A stretch of DNA of 63,355 nt, filler included, from Octopus bimaculoides (taxonomy: Eukaryota): assembly GCF_001194135.2 (NCBI RefSeq). It is 4 parts of 4 records of this genome, joined end to end, with 100 filler letters (N's around TTAATTAATTAA, not from the genome) between each part and the next. Parts side by side here need not be neighbours in the genome. Positions count along the whole stretch, not along the records: positions 1 to 22,058 come from NC_068998.1; 3 more parts are not named here. One strand, 5' to 3'. Positions 1-14,211 of this stretch are shown here, one piece after another. Position numbers and translations under genes: made by a program. The notes under the pieces were generated by a model. That model searched no databases and was not told where the DNA came from. It was given only the letters and a program-made list of their open reading frames with translations. Within the stretch, counting starts at the first letter, position 1. Each line of letters starts with the position of its first letter.

Positions 1-43
<43 letters not shown>

Positions 44-282
44 TGTATAAATCTTTATATGTATGTATATGTAAATATATATGTGTGTGTGAAATTTGAT
101 TGATGATGACTGCTGCTGTCATCTTGTGATTGCTTTTAAAGAGACATAGAGAAAAATGGGGTTTGCTAAGAAATAAAGGTGAAGGAGAAGTTATATACAT
201 GTGTATATATGCATATATATATATATTATAAACACAATCACCACCCAACAAAATAAAAACAAGCCACCCAGCACTTATTTTA

Positions 283-456
<174 letters not shown>

Positions 457-3225
457 TCTTTAATGTCCTCTTTTGCTATTGGTATTTCTTCAACAAACTG
501 AACAACCATCTGTAATGTACCTGTTCAGTAAAATCATCTGCACATAAGCAATATTTCTCTCCACTTCACTTCATTTCTCTACCTCTCTTTTCCTCTCTTC
601 CCTCCTTCTTCTTCTCCCAATCTTACATAGTTTTCATATTTTCAGAGTAGGTAATTGAAATGATTGGCTTGTCAGTTATTTACTTCAGTGGCTGGCTTTA
701 GAGATTATGCAGTCCCATTGCTGAGTAGATGATGGATTTAAAAAAAAAATTTTCTTATAAAACATCAATTGCTACTTGCCTTTTCATTTCCATTAAATTG
801 TATTACTTATTCCTATTACATGTTTGCTTGCTAATTTCTCTATTGTGATTATTACAAACTGAATCATTATGTGTGTTTGCAAAACAGTAATATGTCTGAT
901 CATAAAAAGCTTTTGGTATGCAGAAAGGTGATTGCCATAGCTGCTATACAGCTGTTCTAATATTTATGTAAACATAAAGATTCCAGACAAATTCAAAGCA
1001 TGCAAAAGTAAGATGTAAAATTGCATTAAAAAAACAAAAAAACAACCTTTTATGCTTTGAATTACTTTTTAATTTGGAATGAGTTTTTTTCTACCCATTA
1101 CTTAACATATTTTTTTCATATTCTTTAGCAAAGTGTTTTCATCTTAATGACAATAAATATCTTTTTGCAAATTACGAGGCCATTCACAGTTAAATAAATA
1201 GCTTCTTTGAGAGGATATTTGATTAAAGATCTATAGATCACTGGTTCAATTGTGATACATTGTAGTTCATTTTTCTTATTATAGTTACTGAAATCTGTAG
1301 TTTCACCTATTTACCTTAGGAAGGTGACAGATATCTTTCCAGTCACATACATAACATTGTGTAAACACTATTATAATAAGATGTACTATGTACATAGATG
1401 TGTGTGTGTGTGTGTGTGTGTGTGTCCAATTAAAAAGTCTTGTTGGGAGCTCTAATAAGCAGTGAAGGTGGGTACTAGGAAAACGATTCAATTAAAGTAC
1501 AAACATGTTAAAAATATTCAGAGTTACTCTCTGTTGCTAACAAATGATTCCTTTTTCAGATTGAAGAACAAAATGTATGTGATGTATGTGTGTTCAAACT
1601 GTGATGCTGACTGGTGACAAGACACAGACACTCTAGGAAGAAATTAAGCATGCATTATCTGTTAGAATGAGAGAGCACAAAAGAGCTGAGAGTATCACAG
1701 AGAGTAACCTTATAAGGTGTCAGATACAATATATGAATGTGAAAACTGCACCGGTACAAACACATAATGCATATGAAAGCATAAACAAGTGCAAGCCACT
1801 CAAAGTGGTTAGGACCTGTGAAAGAGGGAGATTGAGGAAGATATGCAACAAAGCGGTGATGACTAATTTCAAGATGCTGAGCTCCACAAAGCAGAAGTCA
1901 AATGTTTGTTTTGATTGGCAATATGCAATGCTGATACTAGAGAAGATCTGTTCATCCATCCATGAATAGTAAAACAGATGCTACAATGATATTAATGGTA
2001 TAAGCTTGATAAAACAAAATGGTGTGTTGATGGTTGCTTGGAGGTATAAGGTATCCACATTTGGGTCTCTCTCCAACACATCATTCTTAAGTTCCAATCT
2101 GCTTCCCCTACAGTTTTGACACCCACAAATCCCTCTAAAATACTCCTCACTCTCACTCATTTCTCAATCACTGATGCCCCCTTTTCTTTCCCATTCAGTA
2201 TACTATGCAGTCTGTGTTACTAGAGACTGCACTGGACTTTTCAATATGCCATTTCTCCTTCCATCATCTTTATTACTCAATCTATCTCTTTTAGTAACAT
2301 GCCTATGTATGAAGGACAGCATTGAATCTGTTTATATCTTTAACACCTTTCAATAATTCTTTCTGTACTACCGCTTATCACTTCCTCTTCTTTGGACAAC
2401 TTGTTTTTGACACCCATCACTCCTATACCATTGTCTCTTTCTTCAACCATCAGTCCCTCAATCTTTCTCTGACCAACAAATATACAACTGCAATAAGTAT
2501 CTCTTCTACATTAATTTGTGCAGTTTCTTTCCTTCTGTCAATAGTCCCTCCAACACTATCACTCTTCCATTATAAACTCTTTTTCCACCATTTCACCCCA
2601 GTTACTGTGTCTTCCATCATACCTTTACTCTCTTCACCCACTCACTTTTGTTCATCTGTTATTGCTTTTTTTGTTTTTCACCATCTCTCTAGTACTAGCA
2701 CCACAACAAATCCATCCAGTATATAAAGTCATTGTTGTTAGAAAGAGAACACAACTGTTGAAGCCATACAAAAGTTAAGGGATATGTGTGAGACAAAGTC
2801 CTCTGACTTATCTACAAAAGCAGTAACTCCTGCCAAGAAGTGTCTCAGATTGTGGTAACTTGGGCCAACCGATGCCAATCTGGCAAGCAGACATTAAATG
2901 ATGATAATGAAATAAATGCCTTTGAAGAATGGGGACATGACTGCTAGTCACTGGTAAAACATCTCCTTACTGATTGTTAGTATTGTTTATTCTTATTGAT
3001 CAGTTTCATTGATCAGACTTAAAGCCTAAAGTATTGTTTTAACATGTGACCTGTTTTACTTAGTAGGAAATGATCTTCCTAATGACCAACACCAAGAGCT
3101 GTTACTAGTCCCTTCCACTTCCTCTCCATTCATGAAATATGCCTGAAAGGTCACTGTATTTTACATGCATGTGAGACTTAACTACAATGAACTCATAATC
3201 ATAACTGTTTTACTTTTCTCTTGAG

Positions 3226-3361
3226 ATACATTGTACTTCCCTGCCAAGGCCAAGAATTCACCTCCTACACATTTTGACATTTCTTTGAAGGATGCAACAA
3301 CAAAGGCAATCAGAGGATCACAACTGCCCCTACCTATACTGGACCTTCTGTGCACTCATGA
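3226..3361 (+). CDS. Putative internal exon of an unidentified host gene (DTLYFPAKAKNSPPTHFDISLKDATTKAIRGSQLPLPILDLLCTH)
   Basis: Pyrimidine tract + AG acceptor (an atypical GAG; the start may instead be 3250), open frame, donor GA|GTGAGA, and phase 2 matches the next exon. No family recognised. Confidence 0.45.
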
Positions 3362-4327
3362 GTGAGAAAACAATAGAAATAGTAATATATTTCATCACCA
3401 CAGATGTTTGTGATGTTCTGACCCCAACAATAAAAGATCTGCTGTCTGAATGGGGTCCCAAGATGTTTGAGTTTTGACTTGTGCTGAACAAAAGAAAAAA
3501 AAAACCCAACAAATCAAATTATATAGAGCATCATTCCTCCTTTTTCAATTGCATAGAAATGTAGGTACACATATATATGTACATACATATAAATGTATTA
3601 CTGGATAGCTGTTGACTCTGGTGAGTTCATCCCACTTTTGAGAGTTGATTTTACATCCCAAATGGCGTCCAAAACTTGTTTTCCACTTGAAACAGTGTTG
3701 TAAGCTTAGTCCCTATTGGCCTGACCATGCATGTATCATACTGGTTTACATGTATACAAGTGGAACGTCTCTGGTTATCAGATCACTCACATCACAATTG
3801 TATACACACACACACTCACACACCTTGGAAAGGCCTATATCAGTATGATATCACTATATGCATACATACATACATACATACATACATACATACATACGCA
3901 CGCACGCACGCACACACACATATATATGCACATTATTTGCAATATCCTTTTCTTATATTAATTTTCCGTGATGAAGTATTTACATTTATATTCATTCAGT
4001 TACGTTTGGTGGAAAATAGGTTTTGTTCAATGCAGTACTGATCTACAACATTTGATTCAACTCAGTAGGAAGTGTTTAGAAATACATTTTTATTGCTAGC
4101 CAGCTCTTACTATTAATGATTATTATCAATTGAATAAATTTCAATATATTCACACAACTTCAGTCATAATTGTACTTAGTAGTTTTTGTTTAGCTTTTAT
4201 TTATTTATGAATATATTTTTTAAAATATATCTAACTTTTATAGCAAATAAAGGAATATATAATGTGTTATTTTGCACCTTATTTTTCAGTCTTTATACAG
4301 AACATTATTATCACATTTCTAATGCAG

Positions 4328-4437
4328 GCATGATACTACAAATTTATGGGAGAAGGAAAAGTTGGTTCTATCAAGTTCAGTACATGACTGGTATTATCTT
4401 ATCATTGTCAAAAAGATGAAAGCAATATTTGAACTAA
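4328..4437 (+). CDS. Putative internal exon of the same gene (HDTTNLWEKEKLVLSSSVHDWYYLIIVKKMKAIFEL)
   Basis: tttctaatgcag acceptor, A|GTATGT donor, 110 nt open, phase-compatible with 3226-3361. Confidence 0.45.
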
Positions 4438-4527
4438 GTATGTAAAGGAACATGACCAAATACTGCTATGCATTTTGCCAGTCCAGTCCAGTCCAATATG
4501 CAAAGGATTTTACTGATGTTTGTGTTA

Positions 4528-5300
4528 CAAGGGTGGGCTGAAAAGTTCATAGGCTGACTATAAACAAGTGATGCCAGAACTGTGAAATCTTGCATGCATA
4601 AGTTCCAGCACTTATTAATAACTGCATTGTTTCGTTCCAGGTTAACTGACATCTGACTGTACAAAGAAGACTTCAGTAGTAACTACTAGTGACTTCTCTT
4701 GGAAATGGACAAAATTTGGCATCGTGCTGTTATCAAGTACTTTTCGAAAAACGGTTTAGCACCCTAGAACATTCATTCTGACATGTTTGCTACATTATGG
4801 GATGATGCTCCAGCTTTATCAATAGTGAAAAGTGAGCAGCTGAATTTAGGAAGGAAAGAGAGGGTCTTGAAAACGACCTAATGTCTGGACATCCTGCAAC
4901 TGCCACCACCTAGGAAAACATTGATCATGTTCACCACATGGTGATGGATGATGACAAGTGATTGACTATAAATCAAATAGCCTAGGCTATTAGCATATCC
5001 CATGAGACAGTTGAGAATATTCTGCACAATAAACTTGGCATGATGAAAGTTTCTTCTTGTGGGTTCTACATCTTTTGACATCTGCTGAAAAGTACACCAG
5101 GCTGGTCACATCAAGGGACAATCTGACATTATTTGAAGCAGATCCAGATGGTTTCTTTGAATATTTCCTAATCCAGAATGAGCTTTGGATTCATCACTTT
5201 GAGCCAGGGATAAAAAAACAATCCATGCAGTGGAAACACCCATCGTCACATGCCCCAATGAAGGCCAAAGTCATTTCATCTGCAAAGAAGGTGATGGTAG
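4528..5300 (+). mobile_element. Mariner (DD34D) element, 3'-truncated and decayed
   Basis: TA + left TIR caagggtgggctgaaaagttcataggctgac, then transposase fragments (WVLHLL from WVPxxL; WIHHFEPGIKKQSMQW). Homologous to 14212-15477. Confidence 0.9.
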
Positions 5301-6187
5301 AAGTGGTGAAACTAATTTCAAGAGCTGAGCCCCACAAAGGAGGTGATAAAGAACTGCAACAAGAGGGCTTTTGTGGTGGTGATGATAATAGTTTAATGCT
5401 AGTGGTGGAGAAGGAAGTGGTAATGGTGTTGATTATGAAAATATTTTCAAGAACTATGACTGATCAAGCAGATTAGAATCTTTATGTTCCTAGATGATGA
5501 TGATGATGGTGGTGATGAAAACACCAACAATGATGACAACAGCAACAGTGATAGCAATGATTTGATATTGCATTTACTTTAGAAGTTCACAATGTTGTAT
5601 ACAACAGTGTTTCTACTGGAGTAAATATAGACTATATAATATTACTTAGGTTACTGTTTTAATTTGACTATGATATTGAATTATAACTTTGTCTGAAAAG
5701 CCACTTATTTGTAATGGAAGGATGGTGCTTCTTTGAATCAAACTGAGGCTTTACTGGTACTTAACACGGAACATAACAGATTTTTTTTTGTAATATTAGA
5801 ACTATTTAAAATAATTGTTCTAAATATTTTCTAGCATTTAATATGGATGGATGGATGGATGGGCTAACAGAAAAGGTGACTGACTGATAACAGTAGCTGA
5901 ATGTCTACAAGGAATTTCATGCTCAACTTCATTAATGCAAGCTGAAATTGAGTTATACAATAAAAATGGCAATGTTTTTAGCCTAAGCTGTTTCTCAGAA
6001 TATTTGTTTTTAAATAACACATTAAAAAAAATCATAACATCATTGAATACTACCCCCCTCTCCCAAAAAGCCATAAAAATATAAAGCAAAATAAACATTT
6101 ACAGATGAGTTAAAAGAATTGAAAATGAAAACAAGAATATAAAATTACTTTGCTGTCTAAAGAGGATATATTTGTTTTCACTTGCAG

Positions 6188-6279
6188 CTGATGTTAGTTT
6201 CCATTGCAACTCCAAGTTTCTCACTTTGGTGCATTCATTGAAATATTCTTTAAATATACCTTGGCATTTGTTTCATTGA
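6188..6279 (+). CDS. Possible terminal exon (TDVSFHCNSKFLTLVHSLKYSLNIPWHLFH*)
   Basis: Strong acceptor tttgttttcacttgcag, phase 1 matches the previous exon, ends in TGA; AATAAA at about 6495. Confidence 0.3.
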
Positions 6280-7968
6280 CTAGGAGAGCAAGACTGTTTT
6301 GGAATGTCTGAATGTGATTCAACTTCAATTAGAAAGTAAAACCATTCTTGTCTATGTGTGTTACTAACAGACAAGCAAAACATTGGGCAAGTTTTATTCT
6401 GTAAAGAAATACAGAACCAATATGTTACTTTATGTACCACACCTCTAATTCTACTAAGCAAGATTGAAAATTTGCTTGTAATGTGTAAAAGAAATAAACA
6501 CAGACTTAATATATATGGAAGCTAAGAAAAAAATCTTTGTTTTAATTTGTAGAAGTGTGTTTGGTGATTACAATAGATTAGCTCTCAAATCACAGTTAAT
6601 TACAGTGCTACCATAGCTCCTTGATGAAATCCATAGTCAAAATGTTATTGCATTTAATTATTTTGTTTGACAGTGCTATTTTCTTTTTAAGCATTGATCT
6701 GGATGTGGCATCAATTTTCAACGTGGCTATTATAACATTTGTAGTTATCTAATGAGAAAACCATTAGTTTTGTACTTGCTTATATTGTTTGGTATCTGTT
6801 TCAGTATTTACAAATCAAACTGCTCATGAATAATGAATGAGTAGAGCATTCATATTGTGCTGCAACTATCTGAAAGATAGCTAGGTAGATACATACATAA
6901 ATATTTCCAAGCAAACAAATAAATATAAATAGTTTGACAATCAAGTAGCTAGATATACAGAGAAAGAAACAGACAGACTGACATATAGATAGACAAATGG
7001 ACAAATAGATACATGAGTAATGACATTTACAGAAAGACAATTGCTTAAAAGCAGAAAAGGTTGGACATAGTATTGTTAAAGCACAACAGATTGGTATTCA
7101 ATATTTATCAAAGATTCACAACAGAAAAAGTTGACTACAGAAGCAAAAGAAATAACAGATTTAGCTAGCAATACAGATGATAGATGAATAGATAGATGGA
7201 CAGATTGACTGGCAGATCATTGAATGGATGCATGCATATATAAATACATACATGCAAACATGCAAACAGATATATGTGAATACTTAGAAACAAAAACATA
7301 GAAAAATAAATTGATCGACAGTAATAGCATTTTCCCCAGTTTTGAGACCAAAAAAAGATTAATTAATTATTTCCCAAATATTCAGCTATCTTTATAAACG
7401 TTTCCTCTGTTAAAACTGGCACTCTGTCAGTTATGATGATAAAGGTTCCAGTTGATCCAATCAACAAAACAGCCTGCTTGTGAAATTAACGTGCGAGTGG
7501 CTGAACACTCCACAGTCACAGAATTTTTACACAGTCTTCAGAGAGATTGAGTTTGACACAGAATGTACTACTCATTTTTGCCATCTGAGTAGACTGGAGA
7601 AATGTGAAATAAAATGTCTTACTCAAGGACACAATGCACTGCCAGGAATCATGCTCATAGCCTTCCAATCATGAGCTGAATACCATAATCACTAAACCAC
7701 ATACGTTCACTAGAAATACTGTAATTATACATTCTCTCTCTTACTCATATATCTGTTTCTGATACACTGATCTCTTATAGCAACAATTCCATACAATTTT
7801 TCACTATATATATATATATATATATGAACAAGCGTATCTTATCATTTCAGATTCTCTAGTCTCCAATATAATTTGGCAATATTATTTTCGCACTTTTATA
7901 ATTCAAAATACTTCAAGTCACTATTTCATAGTCACCACTTCAAACATTTCAATATATCTTAGTTTGTT

Positions 7969-8170
7969 AGGTGGTGAGCTGGCAGAATCATTAGCACACC
8001 GAGCAAAATGCTTAGCAGCATTTCGTCCATTCTGAGTTCAAATTACACTAAGGTTGACTTTGTCTTTCATTCTTTTGGGGTTGATAAAATAAGTACCAGT
8101 GGAACTCTGGTGTCAATGTACTCAACTTACCCCTCCCTCGAGATTACTGGCCTGGTGCCAATATTTGAAG
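7969..8170 (+). mobile_element. tRNA-derived SINE, family A (head ggtgagctggcagaatcgttagca...gagttcaaattcc)
   Basis: Same ~200-230 nt sequence recurs at 25269-25500 (+), 35259-35475 (+), 36431-36650 (+), 38830-39641 (+ array) and about 49540-49750 (-). Confidence 0.85.
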
Positions 8171-8515
8171 CCAATATACTGCATCTTACTTTGTATTTTC
8201 TTGAAATCTCTATACTTCATTGGTATGTCTTATATCATTCCTTCGCCATGTTGTTCTTTGTACATCAGAACTTCTGTTCTCTTCACAAAACTGGTTATTG
8301 CATCCCAATCTCAATCCTTAAACAATGGCCTGTTCCACCACAGTATCAAGTAGTGTTTCTCAAAGTGGGCTGCATCCTCCATCAGTGCAACATAGCAACA
8401 TTTTGGTGAGGTAGGGTGTCTTTTACTTCTGAATGGAGAGTAAGTAAGTAACAAGTCAATAAGCCTTGCAGTGAATGCATAAATGAAAATGAAATTTTAA
8501 TTAAAAGTTCTTTTC

Positions 8516-8517
<2 letters not shown>

Positions 8518-8571
<54 letters not shown>
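8518..8571. repeat. (CA)n microsatellite
   Basis: Pure dinucleotide tract; many others exist, e.g. 17890-18025, 28190-28222, 46462-46500. Confidence 0.97.
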
Positions 8572-8575
<4 letters not shown>

Positions 8576-8689
8576 TATATGTATTTTATATACTATCTTT
8601 GTACATTGATGGGGAGGGGCACGCTTTTTCTGTTGGCTTGGGGATCACTATAGGACTTGGGATAAAAATGGGTGAGAAACATTGGTCTC

Positions 8690-9000
8690 AAGCCTCTCAA
8701 CCATTTTTCTGCACCCAGATATTTGTCTGTTAGAGTTATTTAGAAGTTGACTTTTATGGTGGTATCTTTCAGTATCCTCTGTCTACTTCAGCTTAAAACT
8801 TCTCTCCACGACTTCATTACTTTCTCTTATGTCTTGCTATTTCTCATCTATAAAAACCATTTTCAACAACATGGTTAATTTTTTTGTCGACAGCCCCTTT
8901 CTTTCTTTTCTTTATGTTGTGAAGCAAGAACATTTCTACTCTCATTTCTCCAAATTCATGACAGACCAATAATAACCAATCTTCCCACTAGTTTCCTGAA
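8690..9000 (-). mobile_element. Highly decayed LINE reverse-transcriptase fragment
   Basis: Minus strand is purine-rich and contains KERGCRQKI, resembling the RT motif GRGCxDQIF; multiple disablements. Confidence 0.3.
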
Positions 9001-10544
9001 AATTTGTATTGCAAATGCTGAATTAATTTGCATTGTTACAGTTCTAGAAACTATTTAACTTCTTGATTGAAGACTCAGTACAATTTATTAGCAAATTAAA
9101 ATACTTAAAGAAAACCTAATTAAATTGCAAAGAAACACTAATTAAATTGTGACCTTTATGGTTTCTTGGAAGAAGATTTTCACAATAATTAAAAGGTAAA
9201 CATTTACGTTTTCCTTCTTTTACTGTCAGAAAGCAAAATAAGTGCTAATGTTTTACAACTGCTATTAATTTCTTCTTATTAGAACTCGTAGTAATATCAG
9301 ACAGTTTTCTGATAATGAAAATTATATCATCTACTGTTACATACATACAATTCACTATCTCTATTAATTTCTTCTCAGTAATTGTATGTTACTGCAATGG
9401 CTGCATGTGAATGATCTTGTAGTATCTTATAAATCAAACAATCAAATTAGTCCAGTTTATTACTTTTTATTTGGTGTTATTTAGAAATGTCACTGTACAA
9501 CATATGTTTTGCTCTTTTTTTTATCTTAAAACAGACTAACAATATTCAAATTGCTTCTTTTGTGGTGGAAATGTAATATACCAAGTTAAACATATTACAG
9601 TATTTATTTTTCTCTTTCCTTGTTAGTTCAAATTTTACTGGCACCACTTCTGTTTTTTTATACCTTTAGGATTGATAAAATAATTAGTCATACCATAATC
9701 TGCAACATACAAAAGTTTGTTGAGTATAAGTGCCATGAGGTCTGTATTGTCTAGCAGTTCAGTACCTGCTTCTTGCCTGAGAGACAATCACCAGTTTCCA
9801 CAGTTTCTCAATTTTATCATATTCTGCTTCATTAAATTTTTTTTTTGTTTATACGATTTTTTTCCTAGGAAAATTGATCTTGCAGTTTTGTAAAATGCCA
9901 AATTCCTATTTTACAAAGTTCAGATCTTTTGAGTTAAAAGTTTTACTTCATTATTAAAATGTACCTAAAATTTTTCCTAAAGGTATTCAATTGGTAGTCA
10001 CTATGGTAACAGATAGCATGCATCACAATATTTTTTTCTAGCTCTGAGTTAAAATCCATTGGGTCTACTTTACCTCTCATCCTTTCATGGTTGAAAAAAA
10101 AGTGCTAGTCCTGAGCAGGTGCAGTTTGCACTACCTCTGCATGATATATGCTAACATTTCAGACTTATTCTACGATGGCTATAGTTTCGATCTTTACATC
10201 ATCCTCATCATAATCATCTTAGTTTAGATCTTTACATCATCCTCATCATAATCATTTTAATGCCACTATATCAGAAGGAATTAATTTGGGCAAATTTTTT
10301 GTGGTTTGATTCTCTTCCTGTTGTCAAACCACATCTGTTTCCAAGCAAGGTAATATTTTTTCATTGCTGGACAAGTTTCATGAAAGACTGGAAAGGAATG
10401 TTACTACTTATGTGATGGTGAGGCACACCTTGTGATAGATGTAAAACTCTCACAGGATATCAAGATAAGGTAACACAAACACATGCACACACACACACAC
10501 AGACATATATACATATGCGTGTGTGTGTGTGACAGACTTTTTCA

Positions 10545-11697
10545 ATTTCTGACAGCCAGATTCACTCACCAAGCTATAAATGTTCTGCATGACTATCATT
10601 CCAGAAACATACCTAGCCATTGATGAAATGATGGTGCCATTCAAGGACCACCACAGGTCTAAAATTTATATGTCAAAGAAGCCTGTTAAGTGGAAGTGCA
10701 AGATATGGTGTCATGTAGGAATATCAGGTTACATTTACAATTTTGAAGTCTTCTGGGGAAAAGAACCACTTGAAAATTTGGTGTCAGTATGAGTTGGAGA
10801 GAGTTAAAATGTAGTGCTATGCCTTACAAAGGATAAGCTAAAGATTTTTTTTTTTTGGTAACTTCTTTGCAAGCCCTGAAGTCATGATTCAGCTTAGATA
10901 TCAAGGAATGTTTGCTGTTGGCATACTCAGAACTGATAGGTCAAGAGATTGCCCTGTACCTACAAAATCTGCAATGAGTTGGTTGAATGCAAAAATCGCA
11001 AGATGAAAGTTCCCCATCCTGCAAGTGTTGAAATCTGCACTTGCTACATGGTAGATAAAGCCGATATGCTCCTCTCATTTTACTGAACCAAGATGCATAC
11101 CAGGAAATGATATCAGAGTTTTTTTTTTTCATATGATTTTGTTAGCTGTTGTCGGTCTACCACCAACTCAGAGGTTCCAGTCCTTTGAGTGATTTTGACA
11201 CTGATATTTTTGAAGAAGTCTGCTCCAGAGAGAAAACAATATTGACAGTGAAGATGCAAATAATATTCTTGCCAAGAAAGTTCAATCATTGAAAGCATCA
11301 GTAGTTCCAGAATTGGTTCATTTCAACAATGTTGATTACTAGCCTGTAAAATCCACCACTAACTGGTGTAAGATGGATGGTTGAAGCTGCCAAATAGAAT
11401 TTATCTTTTCCAAGTATCAGGTGTATCTGTGTGGCAAAAGGTGGAGAAATCTTTTCCTGAAATTTCATGGAACTGCTTCATGCTTGTGTATTTCATTTTA
11501 GCAATCAGGTAACATACATTCGCATTTAGAAAGGAAAGTTTATTTCGATTTTTAAAAATTTTTTGTTCCTCGTGTACATTTAAATGTACAAAGATTAATA
11601 TCCTATTTTCATGATTGCAAACAAAACCCAGTACTGACTTTTTGTTAGTTTTGATCCAAATTGCATCCTAAATAGGTCACAGGTTTTATAAGGTTAA
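10545..11697 (+). mobile_element. piggyBac transposase relic (5'-truncated) with right end
   Basis: AIDEMMVPFK...KKPVKWKCKIW...SGYIYNFEV; (D)NFFASPEV...GILRTDR; VDKADMLLSFY...RK(W)Y; Cys-rich C-terminal remnant; ends ...AGG-TTAA at 11691-11697. Frameshifts and stops present. Confidence 0.9.
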
Positions 11698-11884
11698 AAC
11701 ACATAGAAGCATTTAATTTTTTATATTCTGACATGAAAGGAACTGGAGACCAGTTATAAACATTTAATGTTTATTTACCTTGTTTTTTGAGGTATTTGTC
11801 TCATATACATGAACACACATGAACACACATACATACACACATTTGTAAATACATGCACGTGTGTGTGAATGTGTGTATGTACAC

Positions 11885-11923
<39 letters not shown>

Positions 11924-12063
11924 CGAGTGTATGTGATGTTTTTAGGTACATATTTTTACATTAGACGTACCTTTCAAACCTTATGGCTTGTATCAGTGTT
12001 AGGAATTATTATCTGTGTAATTTCACGAAAGAAAAAGAAAACTGATACACCTCAATATATATA

Positions 12064-13316
12064 AAGGGGTTGGACAAAATAATGGGAACACCTAGCATCA
12101 TAGCATCATAATTTTGAAATATCTATAAAACCATCAGTACCTTGTTTATTTTAATGTTTTTTATTTATTAATAGTGTTGCTTAATATGTTTTGCTAAAAT
12201 TGCTGTTTCTTTTCAGATCTCATCAGAAAAAGGTAATTAAAATTCACTAAAATGACAGATCTATTGGACTTTTAAAGAGGTGAACTTGATGGTGCTCCTA
12301 TGGCAGCTGCTAGTGCAATGAAAACAGCCAAAATGTTTGGTGTATGAAGAAGTACTGTCTTGAAAGTAATGACAGCCTTTGAGAAAGAGGGAAAAAACCT
12401 TCTCGTCAAAACAAAACTCTGGAAGAAAACCAAAACTTTCAGATAGGAACTGTCGGACTCTTACGCAAATTGTTAGAAAGGATCACAAAAGTACAGCTCC
12501 CAAAATTACTGCAGAGCTTAATGACCACCCCAAGAACCCAGTTTACACAAAAACTGTTCACTCAGAGCTGCACAAAGCCAGATTTCATGAGAGGGCTGCA
12601 ATCAGAAAACCACTACTTTCAAAAACAAATGTTGCAAAGCATTTAGAGTGGAATAAAAACCTACAGAATTGGTCCCTAGAGCAGTGGAAGTATGTTATTT
12701 TCTCAAATGAGTCATCCTCCATCAACTGAGTACATGTGTGGGGACAGTCAAAAGAAGCATTTGACCCAAACTGCCTTCTTCCAACTGTTAAACATGGAGG
12801 AGGATCTGTGATGATCCAAGCTGCTACATCTTGGAAATCCGCCAGCCCAATGGTTTCTCTTCATGGCAGAATTAATAGTCAAGACCATTTAAGCATTTTA
12901 TCTGATCAAATTCACCCTATGGTTTCGGAACTGTTTCCAGAGAGAAACGCAGTCTTTCAGTATGATAATGCACCAATTCACACAGCTACAAATGTTACTG
13001 AATGGCACGAGGAACATTCTAGTGAAGTTGAACATCTTATCTGGCCACCACAGTCCCCAGATCTCAATATTATTCAACATTTATGGTGCATTTTAGAAGA
13101 ACAAGCAAGGAGTTGATATCCTCCACCATCATCACTACAAGGAATGGAGACTGTTTTAGCTGAAGAATGGACAAAAATTCCTTTGGAAACAATTCAAACT
13201 TTGTACGAGTCCATACCTCATAGAATTCAAGCTGTAATTACTGCCAAAGGCAGTCCTACCCCATATTGAAATAAATTTGTTCAAAATTTTAAGGTGTTTC
13301 CATTATTTTGTCTAAC

Positions 13317-13321
<5 letters not shown>
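12064..13321 (+). mobile_element. Near full-length Tc1-like (DD34E) transposon, inactive
   Basis: TIRs aggggttggacaaaataatgggaacacct / aggtgtttccattattttgtctaaccact with TA flanks. Transposase VIFSNES...VFQYDNAPIH...WPPQSPDLNIIQHLW has catalytic D1 changed to N and E to Q, plus frameshifts. Confidence 0.95.
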
Positions 13322-13408
<87 letters not shown>

Positions 13409-14211
13409 CTACACAAATTATCTTTTTTTTTTAATTTTATTTTGTTACTTGTTTTGTAATAACTTAATATGTATTTTCGATGTATGAATAAATGGGCCCT
13501 AGTGGCAATAATGTAGATTATTGTTATTTTTAAAATGGCAGCACATATAAAATTCACTCTGGCTTTATGCCAATAAAGCCATTTGAAAATCACACACACT
13601 TTTCCAAATAAATGATTTAAACTTGTAACATTTTCTGAGAGCAGCAAGACACCTGCTGAAATTGTTATTCTCATACTCTAAGCACAGAATGGGCTATATG
13701 TTCATTCCAAATTTTACTTCGTATCATTTTAATTTTATTTTGTAACATAGCTAAATTACTTTTTAAAGAAGCAGGTAGTGGATATTAGAAAATGGCTGAA
13801 TATAAGATGATAATAGGATCAAAGGTAAGCTAAACAAAGTCAGTGGGCTAGTGTCAGGACAATTGTAGATTAAGTCAATGCTACTGAAAATTTTTATCAG
13901 TTTTATCATCACTGTTACTTTGATAATTGAAAATGAGAGAAAATCTTGCATTCTGGATAAAATACTTGAAATATTTCAGTTTATCTCTCTTGAAGTAAAA
14001 ACATAGCCATAGAAATTAGTTTACCTATCATAAAATCAATACTAATAATGTAGAAAAGTCAATCTAATAATCTCCTTCCTTTCATTATTTTCAAAGGAAA
14101 AAGTTGACTTTATGTCTAGAAAATCTTTATTGTTGTATTGCCTGTCAGGCAGCAAAATGTCACCGACAGTCTCTACTCTTCAAACTCTTTACTTCATGAA
14201 AAAACAATAGA

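Noticed and set aside
2030-2760. Strand-biased purine/pyrimidine tract with ORFs (also 30320-30600)
   Set aside because: Probably old LINE debris, but I found no diagnostic motif, so it is not called.
5838-6098. ORF segment VVFNDVMIF resembling a FAM135 motif
   Set aside because: Short match without splice signals or flanking similarity; treated as chance.
9764-9866. Minus-strand exon candidate (KFNEAEYDKIEKLWKLVIVSQARS)
   Set aside because: All three frames from the acceptor hit stops unless a 10-base homopolymer is a sequencing error; unsupported.
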